Under the pieces are notes generated by a model. The model did not search any database. It saw nothing but the letters and a program-made list of their open reading frames with translations, and was not told where the DNA came from. The position numbers were made by a program, and so were the translations under genes. From assembly GCA_000996355.1 (NCBI GenBank), contig LCAH01000010.1:1-55664 (forward strand): 55,664 nt of DNA, in the 5' to 3' direction. Of this stretch, positions 40,636 through 51,343 are shown piece by piece. The DNA comes from Candidatus Uhrbacteria bacterium GW2011_GWC2_41_11. Lineage in GTDB: Bacteria; Patescibacteriota; Patescibacteriia; UBA9934; GWF2-40-263. How positions within the stretch are numbered: the stretch's first letter is position 1; each line of letters opens with the position of its first letter.

Positions 40636-42072
40636 ATGGCTCTTGAACGCATTCCCCCACAAAATCTCGAAGCAGAACAATCTCTTCTTGGCAGCCTTCT
40701 CATTGACCAGGATGCATTTTTTAAGGTCGCGGATGTCGTACGACCTGATGATTTTTATCGAGAAAATCACCGAATTCTCTATGAAACCATGATCGAATTG
40801 AACTCCAGACATGAACCAATTGATATTTTGACCCTTGGTAACCGTTTGGAAGAATTTGGCAAACTTCCACACATTGGTGGACGCGCATATCTGGTTGAAC
40901 TTGCAAATACAGTTTCCACTGCAGCGAATGTTATTTACTACGCGCAAATCATTCAAAAAAAAGCAACATTGCGCCGTCTCCTTCATGCCGCAGCTGAAAT
41001 TGCAGAACTTGGATATAATGAGGCGGAAGACGTTGATGTTGTACTTGATACAGCCGAGCGCAATCTGTTCGGCGTTTCACAACAATTTCTTCAAAATACA
41101 TTTATCCCCATCAAAAACGTACTTGCAGATGCGTTTGAACGCATTGATGAGCTTCATCAAGACAAAGGAAAATTACGCGGTGTTCCGAGCGGTTTTACTG
41201 AACTCGATAATCTTCTCGCCGGACTCCAGCGTTCTGATCTCGTGATTCTCGCGGCTCGCCCGTCTGTTGGAAAAACAAGTTTTGCGATTGATATTGCAAG
41301 ACACGTTGCGGTCAAACAAAAAATTCCTGTTGGTATCTTTTCTCTTGAAATGTCAAAAGAACAGCTTGTTGATCGTATGATCTGTGCGGAAGCTGGAGTG
41401 GATATTTGGAAATTGCGTACGGGCCGCCTTTCAGAACGTGATGATGAATTTCCACGTATTGGTCATGCGCTCGGTAAACTTTCCGAAGCACCTATTTTCA
41501 TTGATGACTCTCCGGTCATGAACATCATGCAAATTCGTGCAAAGTGTCGACGTCTCCAATCTGAACATGGACTCGGACTCATCATTCTTGACTATCTTCA
41601 ATTACTTGAAGGTCGAACCCATGGCAGCAGTGACAATCGTGTAAATGAAATCTCTGAAATCAGCCGTGCTTTAAAACAAGTTGCCCGTGAATTAAATATT
41701 CCTGTTCTTGCCCTTTCCCAGCTTTCACGTGCGGTTGAACAAAGCAAACCGGCTATTCCAAAACTTTCTCATTTGCGTGAATCTGGTTCTATTGAACAAG
41801 ATGCGGACGTTGTTCTCTTCATCTATCGCAAAGCAGCAGACATGAACTACCGTGAAGAAGATCTAGCTCCGGAAGAAAAAAATCTCGCAGAAGTGTACAT
41901 TGCCAAACACCGTAATGGCCCTACGGGCATGGTTCGACTCTTTTTCGATGGTCAACGCACCTCATTCCGCAATCTTGATATGCGTCGAGCCGCTTCACCT
42001 CCGTCTGGCGCCATGCCTCCGCCTCCAATGTCTGCACCTCCACCGATTGATCAAATGGGCAACATACACTAA
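40636..42072 (+). CDS. dnaB: replicative DNA helicase
   Basis: PPQNLEAEQS, AARPSVGKT, FSLEMS, DYLQL and LRESGSIEQDAD motifs; Pro-rich tail. Confidence 0.98.
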   Translation: MALERIPPQNLEAEQSLLGSLLIDQDAFFKVADVVRPDDFYRENHRILYETMIELNSRHEPIDILTLGNRLEEFGKLPHIGGRAYLVELANTVSTAANVIYYAQIIQKKATLRRLLHAAAEIAELGYNEAEDVDVVLDTAERNLFGVSQQFLQNTFIPIKNVLADAFERIDELHQDKGKLRGVPSGFTELDNLLAGLQRSDLVILAARPSVGKTSFAIDIARHVAVKQKIPVGIFSLEMSKEQLVDRMICAEAGVDIWKLRTGRLSERDDEFPRIGHALGKLSEAPIFIDDSPVMNIMQIRAKCRRLQSEHGLGLIILDYLQLLEGRTHGSSDNRVNEISEISRALKQVARELNIPVLALSQLSRAVEQSKPAIPKLSHLRESGSIEQDADVVLFIYRKAADMNYREEDLAPEEKNLAEVYIAKHRNGPTGMVRLFFDGQRTSFRNLDMRRAASPPSGAMPPPPMSAPPPIDQMGNIH

Positions 42073-42117
42073 AAATCAACAAACAAATCTTTAACTCCTA
42101 TCCTCTCATCATCACCT

Positions 42118-42417
42118 ATGTTCAATAAAATTAAAGCCATTAAAGATCTTCGTGATCAGGCAAAAAAAATGCAACATGGACTTGCAGAAATTTCTGCAGA
42201 AGGATCTGCCGCTTGGGGAAAAATCAAAATTGTGATTGACGGCAATCAACAGGTGTTAAGTGTGGAAATCGATCAAGAACTTCTTACAGACAAAACAAAA
42301 CTGCAGGATGGATTAAAAGAAGCATTCAATGATGCCATTAAAAATATTCAGCGCAAAATGGCTATAAAAATGAAAGATATGGGCGGATTTGAAGCATTGA
42401 AAAATCTTGGCATATAA
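42118..42417 (+). CDS. ybaB: YbaB/EbfC nucleoid-associated protein
   Basis: GKIKIVIDGNQQVLSVEID; adjacent to recR. Confidence 0.88.
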   Translation: MFNKIKAIKDLRDQAKKMQHGLAEISAEGSAAWGKIKIVIDGNQQVLSVEIDQELLTDKTKLQDGLKEAFNDAIKNIQRKMAIKMKDMGGFEALKNLGI

Positions 42418-42419
42418 GT

Positions 42420-43025
42420 ATGCGCCGTTTCCCCGAACCGATTCAGAATTTAGCGAGTGCTTTCACAAAATTACCAGGAGTCGGGTCGAAGACATCGTTG
42501 CGATATGTATTTGAATTGTTAAAAATGCCGAAATACGATCTGGAACAAATGGCTCGACTCATTCTTGATCTTGCAGAACAGGTCAAAATTTGTCATTCCT
42601 GTTTCACTTATACTCAGGGCGAATCTCTTTGTTCTTTTTGTCAGGATCCAAAACGAGATTCTCGGCTCCTTTGTGTGGTAGAAACTCCGCGCGACATTTC
42701 AACCATTGAAGCAACAGAAGTGTATCAAGGAAGATATTTTGTTCTGGGAGGAACATTAAACCCTTTAGAAGGTTCAACTCCGGAAACTCTTCACGTTCGC
42801 GCTCTTCTCGAAAAGATACGTGCATCAACAAATATTCAAGAAATCATTCTTGGATTCTCTCCGGATGTTCATGGAGAGACAACCATGATGTTTCTTTCCA
42901 AACAACTTGTTCCACTCGGTCGTCGTGTTACACGTCTTGCCCGCGGTCTTCCAACTGGTGCTACTCTTGAATTTGCAGATGAAATTACACTTGGAGATGC
43001 TCTCCGTGGTCGTCGCGAAACATAA
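42420..43025 (+). CDS. recR: recombination protein RecR
   Basis: LPGVGSKT, C4 zinc finger, YFVLGG and TRLARGLP motifs. Confidence 0.97.
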   Translation: MRRFPEPIQNLASAFTKLPGVGSKTSLRYVFELLKMPKYDLEQMARLILDLAEQVKICHSCFTYTQGESLCSFCQDPKRDSRLLCVVETPRDISTIEATEVYQGRYFVLGGTLNPLEGSTPETLHVRALLEKIRASTNIQEIILGFSPDVHGETTMMFLSKQLVPLGRRVTRLARGLPTGATLEFADEITLGDALRGRRET

Positions 43026-43037
43026 AGAAATCTCTAA

Positions 43038-43069
43038 AAAAAATCACTGCGATTAAGCAGTGATTTTTT
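43038..43069. terminator. bidirectional terminator (recR / rplU)
   Basis: AAAAAATCACTGC-GATTAA-GCAGTGATTTTTT. Confidence 0.88.
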
Positions 43070-43367
43070 CAATTTTTATTTTTGTGAATGGCTGGCGGTG
43101 ACCAACATTACGGCGATATCGAGATTTGGCCTTGTACTTGACCACGGATACTTTATCCGCTTTGCCGTGTTCAAGAACTTTTGCCTTTACTTTGGCTCCG
43201 CTAACCAATGGGGTTCCGACTTTCACATCTTTCCCTTCTTCGTCAGCTAATAGCAGAACATCGAATTCCATAGTTGCCCCAACTTCAAGTTCGAGTTTTT
43301 CGATTTTGAGTTCCTGGCCTTCCTGGACTTCATACTGCTTGCCTCCTGTACGGATAATAGCAAACAT
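43053..43367 (-). CDS. rplU: 50S ribosomal protein L21
   Basis: [12 protein letters not shown] and GHRQPFT motifs. Confidence 0.98.
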   Translation of the reverse strand: MFAIIRTGGKQYEVQEGQELKIEKLELEVGATMEFDVLLLADEEGKDVKVGTPLVSGAKVKAKVLEHGKADKVSVVKYKAKSRYRRNVGHRQPFTKIKIEKITA

Positions 43368-43518
43368 ACAATACATGCACTCGCGGCTCCTGGAAAAAAC
43401 CAGTATGCCAGCGATCTTCTTTTACAAATTAAGTGGCTGTATCCTACCTCATCTATATAAAAAATGTCAATCCTAAAATCGTTTCAAAACGATTTTAAAA
43501 TTAAACATCTTTCTAAAT

Positions 43519-43592
43519 AAAAAAACGCGCCATGCAACAGAAGTATGAGACACCCGCGTGTTTGGGTGTATCTTTCCGTTGTATTGAGCGCG
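43519..43592 (-). terminator. long imperfect hairpin plus T-tract after the receiver gene
   Basis: CGCGC/GCGCG, CAAC/GTTG and ACACCC/GGGTGT stems, with an A-run on the plus strand. Confidence 0.55.
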
Positions 43593-44018
43593 CAAGCTAT
43601 CGAAACAGGTTCTCCAGTGCCTGCCCAAAATTTTTGGTCATGTCTTCCGTCAAACGGGCATAGAGGAATATAACCTTAGCCTCGTTGACCATGAACGATT
43701 TCCCATGGAACCAGTCCATAGTAGCCACGACTGGATGCTGGTGGTGGTTGCCATCAGTGATTACAGCGATTCGCTTGATTCCACACAGTGCCATGGCAAA
43801 GACCATTGGATACCCGATCCCGATCTCACGACCGAGATGCTCTGCCTGAGCCTCAGTCCCGAGCATGTAGGCCTCTGCTGGCATCATAAGATCGAGGAGA
43901 GCTGCATCGAATATCTCTTCCTGAACCCTATGAAGAGCCTCTCCATAAGTGCTGACAGCCACAACATCATGACCGAGAACCTCAAGTTGGCGCTTGCCCG
44001 CCCGGCGGTGCTTCGGTG

Positions 44019-45189
44019 GTCACCGTTCGGTTTTTGGCGCCTGGATTCCAGGAATCTGAGGCCAAGGGATTCCATCCTTGATTGTTATTTGAAGAGGGGA
44101 TTTCCCGTTCAGATGTTTGAAGGGACGGTCACAGTCGGTGAAGGGACTCGTCCTTCGACGGAGAAGCCAAGCGTTCAGAAAGGTTCGTGCCGAGAGGAAT
44201 GTTTGAAACCCTTTCATGGTTTTGAGTCTTCCTTTGAGGTGTGAATTGAATGATTCGATGATATTGTTCGTTGCTGGACAATCGGGAATCGATTGATAGA
44301 CAAACAAGGTCTCTTCATGATTCCGGATATGGAGGAGGATTCCTTCGAGGAGAAGATCCCCTTTGGCGTATTTATGAAAGAGATGAGCGAAACCAAGTTC
44401 TCGCTCCTCTTTTGTTTTTGGAAGGCGGAAGATCCACTTCACGAGGGAATGAAAGAAATGACGATATGTCGGATCTGTCCTCGTATTCAGGAGTTTGCGA
44501 ATGTTCTCAAGATAATGGGTATGACAGAGTTGGATCTTGGCTTCTGGAAATATCTGAAACAGGGCTGATTGCAGAGGAAATACCGAGTCGCAGACGACGA
44601 CCTTCAAGGGATAATCCATCTTTTTGAGTTGTTGAAAATATCGGAGGAATGCTTTCTCATCTTCCGAAGAAACAAGAAGACCGAGTGGAAAATCATGGGA
44701 CGAAAAATCGACCCCCCAGAGCCAAGGGATCGATTTTTTGTTTGGAGATTTGATCGAGAGTATCTTCACATACTTCCCGTCGAGGTTCAGAATCCCTGAC
44801 CACTTCGATGGGTCACAGAATTGTTTTGAAATCTCTGTATTGGAAGGAAGGGATTCCATCTCCCGAAGCACACGAGCAAATGTCTGAGCCGGAGACAGAC
44901 ACTCCTCCTGTCCCAACTTGCGAAACGGGAGACCGTCAACATACGGAATCCAAAAAGGAGAAGAAGAAACTCGATGATCAACAGAGAATCTTCCCCCGCA
45001 TGTTTTACACAGAAAGCGATTGATTCCATTCCGCACCCCTTTCTTTATTGTCTCGAATGAACCGCACTCAGGACACGTTGGATTCCTTTTTTTGGGGTCA
45101 TACAGAGCATTTAACCAGTTAAAGACCTGTATCTTAGCTCAACACAAACAAAAAAACACCTTTTCAGGCGCCAATTTCCGAACGGTCTC
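44019..45189 (-). mobile_element. insertion sequence, IS256/Mutator-like superfamily, 1171 bp
   Basis: 9-bp direct repeat GCTTCGGTG at 44010-44018 and 45190-45198; 27-bp imperfect terminal inverted repeats (21/27 identical). Confidence 0.93.
44020..45036 (-). CDS. DDE transposase (true start lies further upstream, ~45101-45105)
   Basis: LNLDGKY (D), VVCDS (D), QLCHTH (CxxH) and TNNIIESFNSHLK (E). The zinc ribbon CPECGS...CKTC begins upstream of 45036 in the same frame. Confidence 0.9.
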   Translation of the reverse strand: MRNGINRFLCKTCGGRFSVDHRVSSSPFWIPYVDGLPFRKLGQEECLSPAQTFARVLREMESLPSNTEISKQFCDPSKWSGILNLDGKYVKILSIKSPNKKSIPWLWGVDFSSHDFPLGLLVSSEDEKAFLRYFQQLKKMDYPLKVVVCDSVFPLQSALFQIFPEAKIQLCHTHYLENIRKLLNTRTDPTYRHFFHSLVKWIFRLPKTKEERELGFAHLFHKYAKGDLLLEGILLHIRNHEETLFVYQSIPDCPATNNIIESFNSHLKGRLKTMKGFQTFLSARTFLNAWLLRRRTSPFTDCDRPFKHLNGKSPLQITIKDGIPWPQIPGIQAPKTER

Positions 45190-45225
45190 GCTTCGGTGTG
45201 TCGTCGATAAGAAGGATTTTCACTG

Positions 45226-45570
45226 TCAGTCCTCCTTCTTCATATCACAGGCGAGGTCGATAAGCGCGGTGCCGAACTCCAGAAACCATACGGCACGGAC
45301 ACGTGCGGAAAAACGAGAAGCAAAAGCCTTCGCAACCAACCCATCCTCCTTGGTCAAGTAACTGATCAGCACGATGGTCTTCTCCGTCTCGCTGATGACC
45401 TTCTGGGCAATTCCGGCGTCATCCACAATGGCGACGTCCGCCTCCGTCTCATCATCTCTTACGAGTTGATCGACTAATTCCGCATCGAGCAGATGTATAC
45501 CAACCTGCACAACCGCTTTAGTTAAAGGGTTGTCTTTCCCTTTGCGATATTCGACGTAAAGTGTCGACAT
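45226..45570 (-). CDS. hypothetical protein, possibly a degenerate receiver-like fold
   Basis: SD AGGAGG; its stop lies 2 nt before the GTG of the receiver gene; ADVAIVDD and IVLISY strands. Confidence 0.75.
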   Translation of the reverse strand: MSTLYVEYRKGKDNPLTKAVVQVGIHLLDAELVDQLVRDDETEADVAIVDDAGIAQKVISETEKTIVLISYLTKEDGLVAKAFASRFSARVRAVWFLEFGTALIDLACDMKKED

Positions 45571-45727
45571 TTTCTTCCTCCTGAAGAATAGTTTTGGTGA
45601 AAAGATCTATCCCGGCTTTACCAAGCTGTTCGAAATATTATGAGAACAAAACTTCCAAAAGACCAAACAAATTCATCATAAATTAGCTAACTTGTCAATA
45701 ACGCCGTTGTAGATATTGAAACAAATA

Positions 45728-46174
45728 TTATTTTATCTTCACTTCATCTCCTTCTCGAAGACCATGTTCAGATACAAATCCATCTGGCAATTCCAAAACC
45801 TCACTCGCTAACACATCTGGTCGAAAAGTCGGAATAGACTCTCCCAAAACAGGAATAGGAGCATGTTCAACCATGGAAACAATTTTCCCTTCTCGTAACC
45901 ACAAAATATCAATGGAAAACCACATCCCTTTCATCCAAATTCCTCTTTGTTGTGGCTCATCAAAAAGAAATAGCATCCCGTGATTTTTTTGAAGAGTTTT
46001 TCTTCCAGAAAGACCTTTTTCTCTTGTCTGTTCTGTACGAACAATTTCTGCCTGAATCTGTGAACCATCTGAAAAAGTAATCGTTGTTTGATTTGAAACA
46101 GGAAAGAAAAAAAAGATACTCATGATAAACACTCCTGTCATCAAACAAAAAATCCAAAGAGAGGACGTGTTCAT
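45728..46174 (-). CDS. DUF192 family protein with N-terminal TM
   Basis: REKGLSGR, GMLFLF, IWMKGMWFSIDILW and VLELPDG motifs. Confidence 0.9.
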   Translation of the reverse strand: MNTSSLWIFCLMTGVFIMSIFFFFPVSNQTTITFSDGSQIQAEIVRTEQTREKGLSGRKTLQKNHGMLFLFDEPQQRGIWMKGMWFSIDILWLREGKIVSMVEHAPIPVLGESIPTFRPDVLASEVLELPDGFVSEHGLREGDEVKIK

Positions 46175-46179
46175 AATTT

Positions 46180-47253
46180 TTATTCTTGCTTTCCTTTTGA
46201 TTCCTTCCACACAAAAAAAATTGCGAGAAGAATCATGAAAAGAATCATCCCTCCAAATGCAACGAGTTTTTGCCCACTCTGTAAAAAAAGTGTGAGTATT
46301 CCAAATGTTCCTGCAAAAATATAATAGAAAAAAACGACTTGTCGCTGACTGAATCCTGCATCAAGTAATCGATGATGCAGATGTTTTCGATCTCCCTTAA
46401 AAATAGAGGTGAATCCGTTTTGTCGCCAACGACGCAAAACAACCCAGACAATATCCAAAAGTGGAATCCCTAAAACAAGCAATGCAACCGCAAGTTTTCC
46501 TCCGGAAATAATAGCCAATGTTCCAAGTAAATATCCCACAAACGTACTTCCTCCTTCCCCAAGAAACATCGAGGCTGGAAAAAAATTCCAAGGAAGAAAT
46601 CCGATGAGTGCTCCAAATGCCATCGCAGAAAAAAAGACAATGTCTGGTTGAAAATAGGCAAGCGAAGAAGCAAAAAGCAAAATAATTCCCGTTCCAATCG
46701 CAGAGACACCGGTTGCGAGTCCATCAAGACCATCCAAAATTTTCGTCGTGTAGGTCACAATAAACAACCAACTAAATACAAGGATGTCGGATTGCCATGA
46801 TTCCAAAAAAATAATGCCACCAAACGGATTGGTGAGTTTCTCAATTTGAATCCCTCCAAGAACAGCGGCAAAGGCTGCGACAAGAGGCGCAAGAATAGCC
46901 AGATGAGGCGGAAGCCGATACCGATCATCAAGATACCCTCCAATAAGAAGAAAAAAACCGCCAATGAAAAACCCGACATAATGTCGCGTGTTGATCTCAC
47001 CCGCGGTCAAAATATTCCCTGTTTGAAGAAGAAGAAAAAAACAAATCAAAATCGCAAAATAGATCACCAATCCTCCTCCAAATGCAATAGGTTTCTCGTG
47101 AAGCCTTCGTTTTTCATCTGGACAATCAACGAGGCCAATACGAAGAAATCCTATTCGAATAAATGGAACACATACACACGAAATCAAAGCCGCAATAAAC
47201 ATCCACGGGAGAGCAGAAACAAGAGTCGAAAGAGAAAATGTGGTAGAAATCAT
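46180..47253 (-). CDS. MraY/WecA/TagO family polyprenyl-phosphate sugar-1-phosphate transferase
   Basis: GYLDDRY, LDGLDGLA, FLGEGGS and HLHHRLL motifs. Confidence 0.92.
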   Translation of the reverse strand: MISTTFSLSTLVSALPWMFIAALISCVCVPFIRIGFLRIGLVDCPDEKRRLHEKPIAFGGGLVIYFAILICFFLLLQTGNILTAGEINTRHYVGFFIGGFFLLIGGYLDDRYRLPPHLAILAPLVAAFAAVLGGIQIEKLTNPFGGIIFLESWQSDILVFSWLFIVTYTTKILDGLDGLATGVSAIGTGIILLFASSLAYFQPDIVFFSAMAFGALIGFLPWNFFPASMFLGEGGSTFVGYLLGTLAIISGGKLAVALLVLGIPLLDIVWVVLRRWRQNGFTSIFKGDRKHLHHRLLDAGFSQRQVVFFYYIFAGTFGILTLFLQSGQKLVAFGGMILFMILLAIFFVWKESKGKQE

Positions 47254-48818
47254 ATTTTCATGGATCGTGTAAGAGGAATTCCTGTTTTTCTCGCAAGAAT
47301 ACGTGCGACATCCTCTCCGGTCACAAAGGTATTTACTCCTTTTGTATTTCGTCCAGTCACAGCCGCTTCTTTCAAGAGTTCAATGGCTTTTTGTGGTAAA
47401 TGCGTTTCGTGCAAATAACGATCGGAAAGAGCAACCGCTTTCTCAAGCGCATCAAAAGAAAAAAGCACACCGTGTTCATTTTCTATCGAGGCACTTTTAC
47501 TTTCTAAAATTTGAATCGATGTATCTTGATCTGGTTCGTTGAGAATCACCTTTTGAAATGATTGACTCAAAGACGATGATTCAATACGGGAAAAATACGC
47601 TTCAGGTGTTGTGGTTGCCACCATCAACAAAATACCGCGACGTGCAACATCTGCAAGAAGAGCAGTGAGATCCGCCCCTTCACCTTCCGCAGAAAAATCG
47701 GCGAGTTGTTCAATGTGCGAAATAGCAAGAACAACATTTCCTGCTTGTACTGCCTCAGCTAAAACAGTGACTAAACGTTCCTGTGCCTCTGAAAAAGAAA
47801 CACCGGAAAGAAGAGCAGGAATCGAAAGCATGACGAAACGTTTATCTTCAAGAAGGGCAGGAACTTGCTCCTCTACCATCCGTTCCGCAATTCCAGCAAG
47901 AAGCGTTTCTTTTCCCACTCCATTTGCTCCCACTAAAAGAATACCTGTATTTCGTCCTTCCCATAAACGAAACATTTCATCCATTTCCTTTTCTCGACCA
48001 ATGAGAAGGGGTAAACGTCCGTACACCGCATGAGTGGTCAAATCTTCTGTTACTTGATCCAAAAAAGGAGTGACCACCGCTGTCATGGAACGATTCATAG
48101 CCCCCACAGGTTTTCGTGCGGCTGCATGACGAAATCGTTCGTATCGCTCACGGAGTTTACCTTGAATACGAACCCAAGCAACGGCGTTGTGAAATCGCGA
48201 AGGGTTCACTTCCTTACTTTCAAACCAATCTTGAATAAACACATTTCGACGATAACTTTCTTCTCCAAGTTCCAAAACAGAAACATACTGATTCCCTTGT
48301 TCATACGCTGTACCACACACAGAAAGAAGTACCTCTTCTATATCCACAGAAAAAATAGGGGTATTCCCTTTTGGAAGTTCTTTTAATTTTGTTAAAAATG
48401 ATTTTTCTAAACCATCAATATTGACTCCAAGTCTCGCAAACACAATACGGATTCGGTCTGCAACAAGACAGCTCATAAAAAGATGAAGCGTGGTCACTTC
48501 TGCATGACCAAAACGTTCTGCTAACGCATATGCTTCCTCTACTGCTTTTTTTGCGTCTGTATCAAAAACATGAATCGCATGGATGAAATGTTTTCCTTCA
48601 GTGACGGCATCAACAAAAACAGGAGGAGAAGATTTATAATCTTTTACAGGCAAAGAAAGACATTTTTTTGTTTTCGTTTTGCAATGAAAACAAAAAAACT
48701 GGTTAGAATGATCAAAATTTTCATTCCAAACATACCTCGTTTGCCCAATCATGATTGCTTTTCCAGAACGACCAACAGAAAAAGCTGAATGAAAAAACGA
48801 AAAAGAAATCATAAACAA
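47250..48818 (-). pseudogene. ClpA/B-like AAA+ protein truncated after the first AAA module
   Basis: Clp-N repeats, EDLTTHA...LIGREKEM, GANGVGKE and RYLHETHLPQKAIELL. It ends VARILARKTGIPLTRSMKI where the second AAA module would begin. Confidence 0.65.
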
Positions 48819-48824
48819 AACGAT

Positions 48825-49964
<1,140 letters not shown>

Positions 49965-49993
49965 TTACGATATCGCCTGTCTTTGTACAAAAT

Positions 49994-50017
49994 AAAAACC
50001 CCGGAGAAGGGGTTTTT
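49994..50017. terminator. intrinsic terminator
   Basis: AAAAACCCC-GGAGAA-GGGGTTTTT. Confidence 0.8.
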
Positions 50018-50102
50018 ACATACGGATTCTTTTTATGTTGATTTTGTTCTCAAACGCTACACGAAGACCACTGTGGAAAGCGGTCCTTGTACAACGTCTG
50101 GT

Positions 50103-50456
50103 TTAACGGTGAAAGGAAAGCGCTGCGGCATCTGATCCAACATAATGGGTCTGATCTGTCTTTACCATGCCGAGCATTTGGACTTTGCGGTGAACCGTCT
50201 CCATGGATCGCTGTTCTGCCGCTGTTGTTTCAAGAACTTGTGTTTCTAATTTTAATTGGCTAATGTGTTTTTCCAATTCTCGAATTTGATACCCTTTTGT
50301 TGCCGCTCGATTCACCTGGATAATCGAAAGAAGAATCAAAAGAACCATGCATCCAAGACATGCCACATTCAACGAAACAATATGCTGTCCAATCGCGGCA
50401 AAAAAAGAACGCGTACGACGAACAGAAGAAAACATGGTTTGAGAAAATTTGGACAT
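50103..50456 (-). CDS. FtsL-like cell division protein
   Basis: TM helix plus coiled coil (KGYQIRELEK), directly after rsmH. Confidence 0.7.
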   Translation of the reverse strand: MSKFSQTMFSSVRRTRSFFAAIGQHIVSLNVACLGCMVLLILLSIIQVNRAATKGYQIRELEKHISQLKLETQVLETTAAEQRSMETVHRKVQMLGMVKTDQTHYVGSDAAALSFHR

Positions 50457-50459
50457 ACG

Positions 50460-51341
50460 TCAGATCCGCTCGGCCACTCGAAGTTTTGCGCTCCGAGCAC
50501 GGGGATTTATTTTTATTTCTTGAGGACTCGGGATAACAACATGTTTCGTCACGAGTCGAAAAAAATGACTTGCTTCTTTTTTAAAAAATCGTTTCACGAT
50601 TCCATCCTCAAGTGAGTGGAAAGAAATCACAACTAATCGCCCACCTGTTCGAAGAAGTTTTGCTGCTTGAGGAAGAACTTGCTTTAATCCACCCAGTTCA
50701 TCATTCACGGCAATACGAAGCGCCTGAAACACTCGTGTAGCCGGATGTATTTTTCCATGTCGTGGAACCACATCTTCAATCAATTGTCCTAATTCAGATG
50801 TTGTAGCAAAAAGTTGTTCGCGTCGCATGTTTACAATGGCATCTGCAATGCGAGATGCGAGATGTTCTTCTCCATACACACGAAAAATACGAACAAGCTC
50901 ATCTTTTGACCACTCATTCACCACATGAGCTGCGGTCAAATCCTGTGTACGATCGTATCGCATATCGAGTGGTCCCTCTCCTTGAAAAGAAAATCCGCGA
51001 GAAGGATCGTCCACATGCGCAGAAGAAAATCCGAGATCAAGTAAGATACCCGAAGCACCTAAAAATCCTTCTTCTGCCGCATACTGAGACATGCGAATAT
51101 AGGAATCCCGTATAAACGTCACCTGATGCCCGAAACGAGCTAATCGTTTACGTGCAATGGCGAGATTATCTGCATCGCGATCAATCGCGAGCAGACGCCC
51201 GCCAGGAAGGACCCGCTCAAGAATGCGTTCAGCGTGTCCTCCCTGTCCCACCGTAGCGTCAATGAAATGTTCTCCCGGTTTGGGATCGAGATACTGAAGA
51301 ACTTCTTCAAGAAGGACAGGGACATGAGAAACATCGTCCAT
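50460..51341 (-). CDS. rsmH: 16S rRNA m4C1402 methyltransferase
   Basis: HVPVLL, DATVGQGGH, LDMRYD, ISFHSLED and NPRARSAKLR motifs. Confidence 0.98.
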   Translation of the reverse strand: MDDVSHVPVLLEEVLQYLDPKPGEHFIDATVGQGGHAERILERVLPGGRLLAIDRDADNLAIARKRLARFGHQVTFIRDSYIRMSQYAAEEGFLGASGILLDLGFSSAHVDDPSRGFSFQGEGPLDMRYDRTQDLTAAHVVNEWSKDELVRIFRVYGEEHLASRIADAIVNMRREQLFATTSELGQLIEDVVPRHGKIHPATRVFQALRIAVNDELGGLKQVLPQAAKLLRTGGRLVVISFHSLEDGIVKRFFKKEASHFFRLVTKHVVIPSPQEIKINPRARSAKLRVAERI

Positions 51342-51343
51342 AG

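Larger units (their letters stand above)
43597..45223 (-). pseudogene. response-regulator receiver domain gene split by IS insertion
   Basis: Removing 44019-45189 and one target duplication restores a 148-aa ORF MKILLIDDTPKHRRAGKRQLEVLGHDVVAVSTYGEAL...FDAALLDLMMP..., with GTG start at 45223 and SD GGAGG. Confidence 0.92.

Noticed and set aside
39400-40986. 528-aa permease overlapping dnaB; similar long N-terminal extensions of lgt, rnhA, speE and the beta-CASP gene
   Set aside because: These are ORF-caller extensions to upstream alternative starts. Motif-based starts remove the overlaps.
43519-43592. Integron attC site (also considered for the hairpins at 23515 and 4203)
   Set aside because: The RYYYAAC/GTTRRRY boxes are not properly matched, there is no integron integrase, and the T-tracts fit terminators.
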